The notes under the pieces were generated by a model, which did no database searches, had not been told where the DNA came from, and saw nothing but the letters and a program-made list of their open reading frames with translations. The translations under genes were made by a program, and so were the position numbers. 64,000 bases of DNA from assembly GCA_950097015.1 (NCBI GenBank), contig CATNEN010000038.1, positions 1,426,001 through 1,490,000 of the forward strand, in the 5' to 3' direction. Below, one piece after another: positions 63,806 through 64,000 of the stretch (its first letter is position 1; each line of letters starts with the position of its first letter). This DNA is from Macrostomum hystrix (taxonomy: Eukaryota; Animalia; Platyhelminthes).

Positions 63806-64000
63806 TAATGAAACAGTGAAGAATAGAAGGTAAAATGACGAAAAGTGCTAAAAAATCTGAGTGGAAGCATGGAAGTTGAAATGTCTTTAAACGTTGTCGA
63901 AAAATTAGTTACCAATGTCAACAGCTATCAACAGTTCTCAGCAGCATTATCGTATATCCTAAAATATACTTGAGTTTGTTATAAATGTGTCATTTATTGA

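Overview
Eukaryotic (animal) genomic DNA with GC-rich spliced exons and introns filled with minisatellites. The style is most consistent with a free-living flatworm such as Macrostomum (inference, not proven). I reconstructed about 12 spliced genes by hand, and every complete model sums to a multiple of 3: the 3' part of ABHD16A (+), an atypical long-tailed tetraspanin (-), two bestrophin paralogs (-) flanking an ER cyclophilin (+), an inward-rectifier K+ channel (+), a divergent class A GPCR (-), an orphan single-pass membrane protein with a GC-AG intron (+), RYK/Derailed (+, 10 exons), an N-extended LC8-type dynein light chain (-), PDHB (-) and the 5' part of a BAG3-like WW protein (+). Also present are tRNA-derived SINEs, several MITEs with clean TIRs and TSDs, a hAT remnant and a probable Helentron-type insertion. 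Most long ORFs in the ORF track are read-throughs of tandem repeats. The most notable observations are: (1) an intact, partnerless dynein-light-chain terminal exon on the strand opposite the DLC gene, with the same length, phase and acceptor context; (2) bestrophins with a remodelled Ca2+ clasp and a gene-conversion tract; (3) unrelated minisatellites sharing a GGGAT core; (4) a TAGGCCTA cluster in a divergent-promoter region; (5) an ORF-carrying structured insertion inside a PDHB intron.
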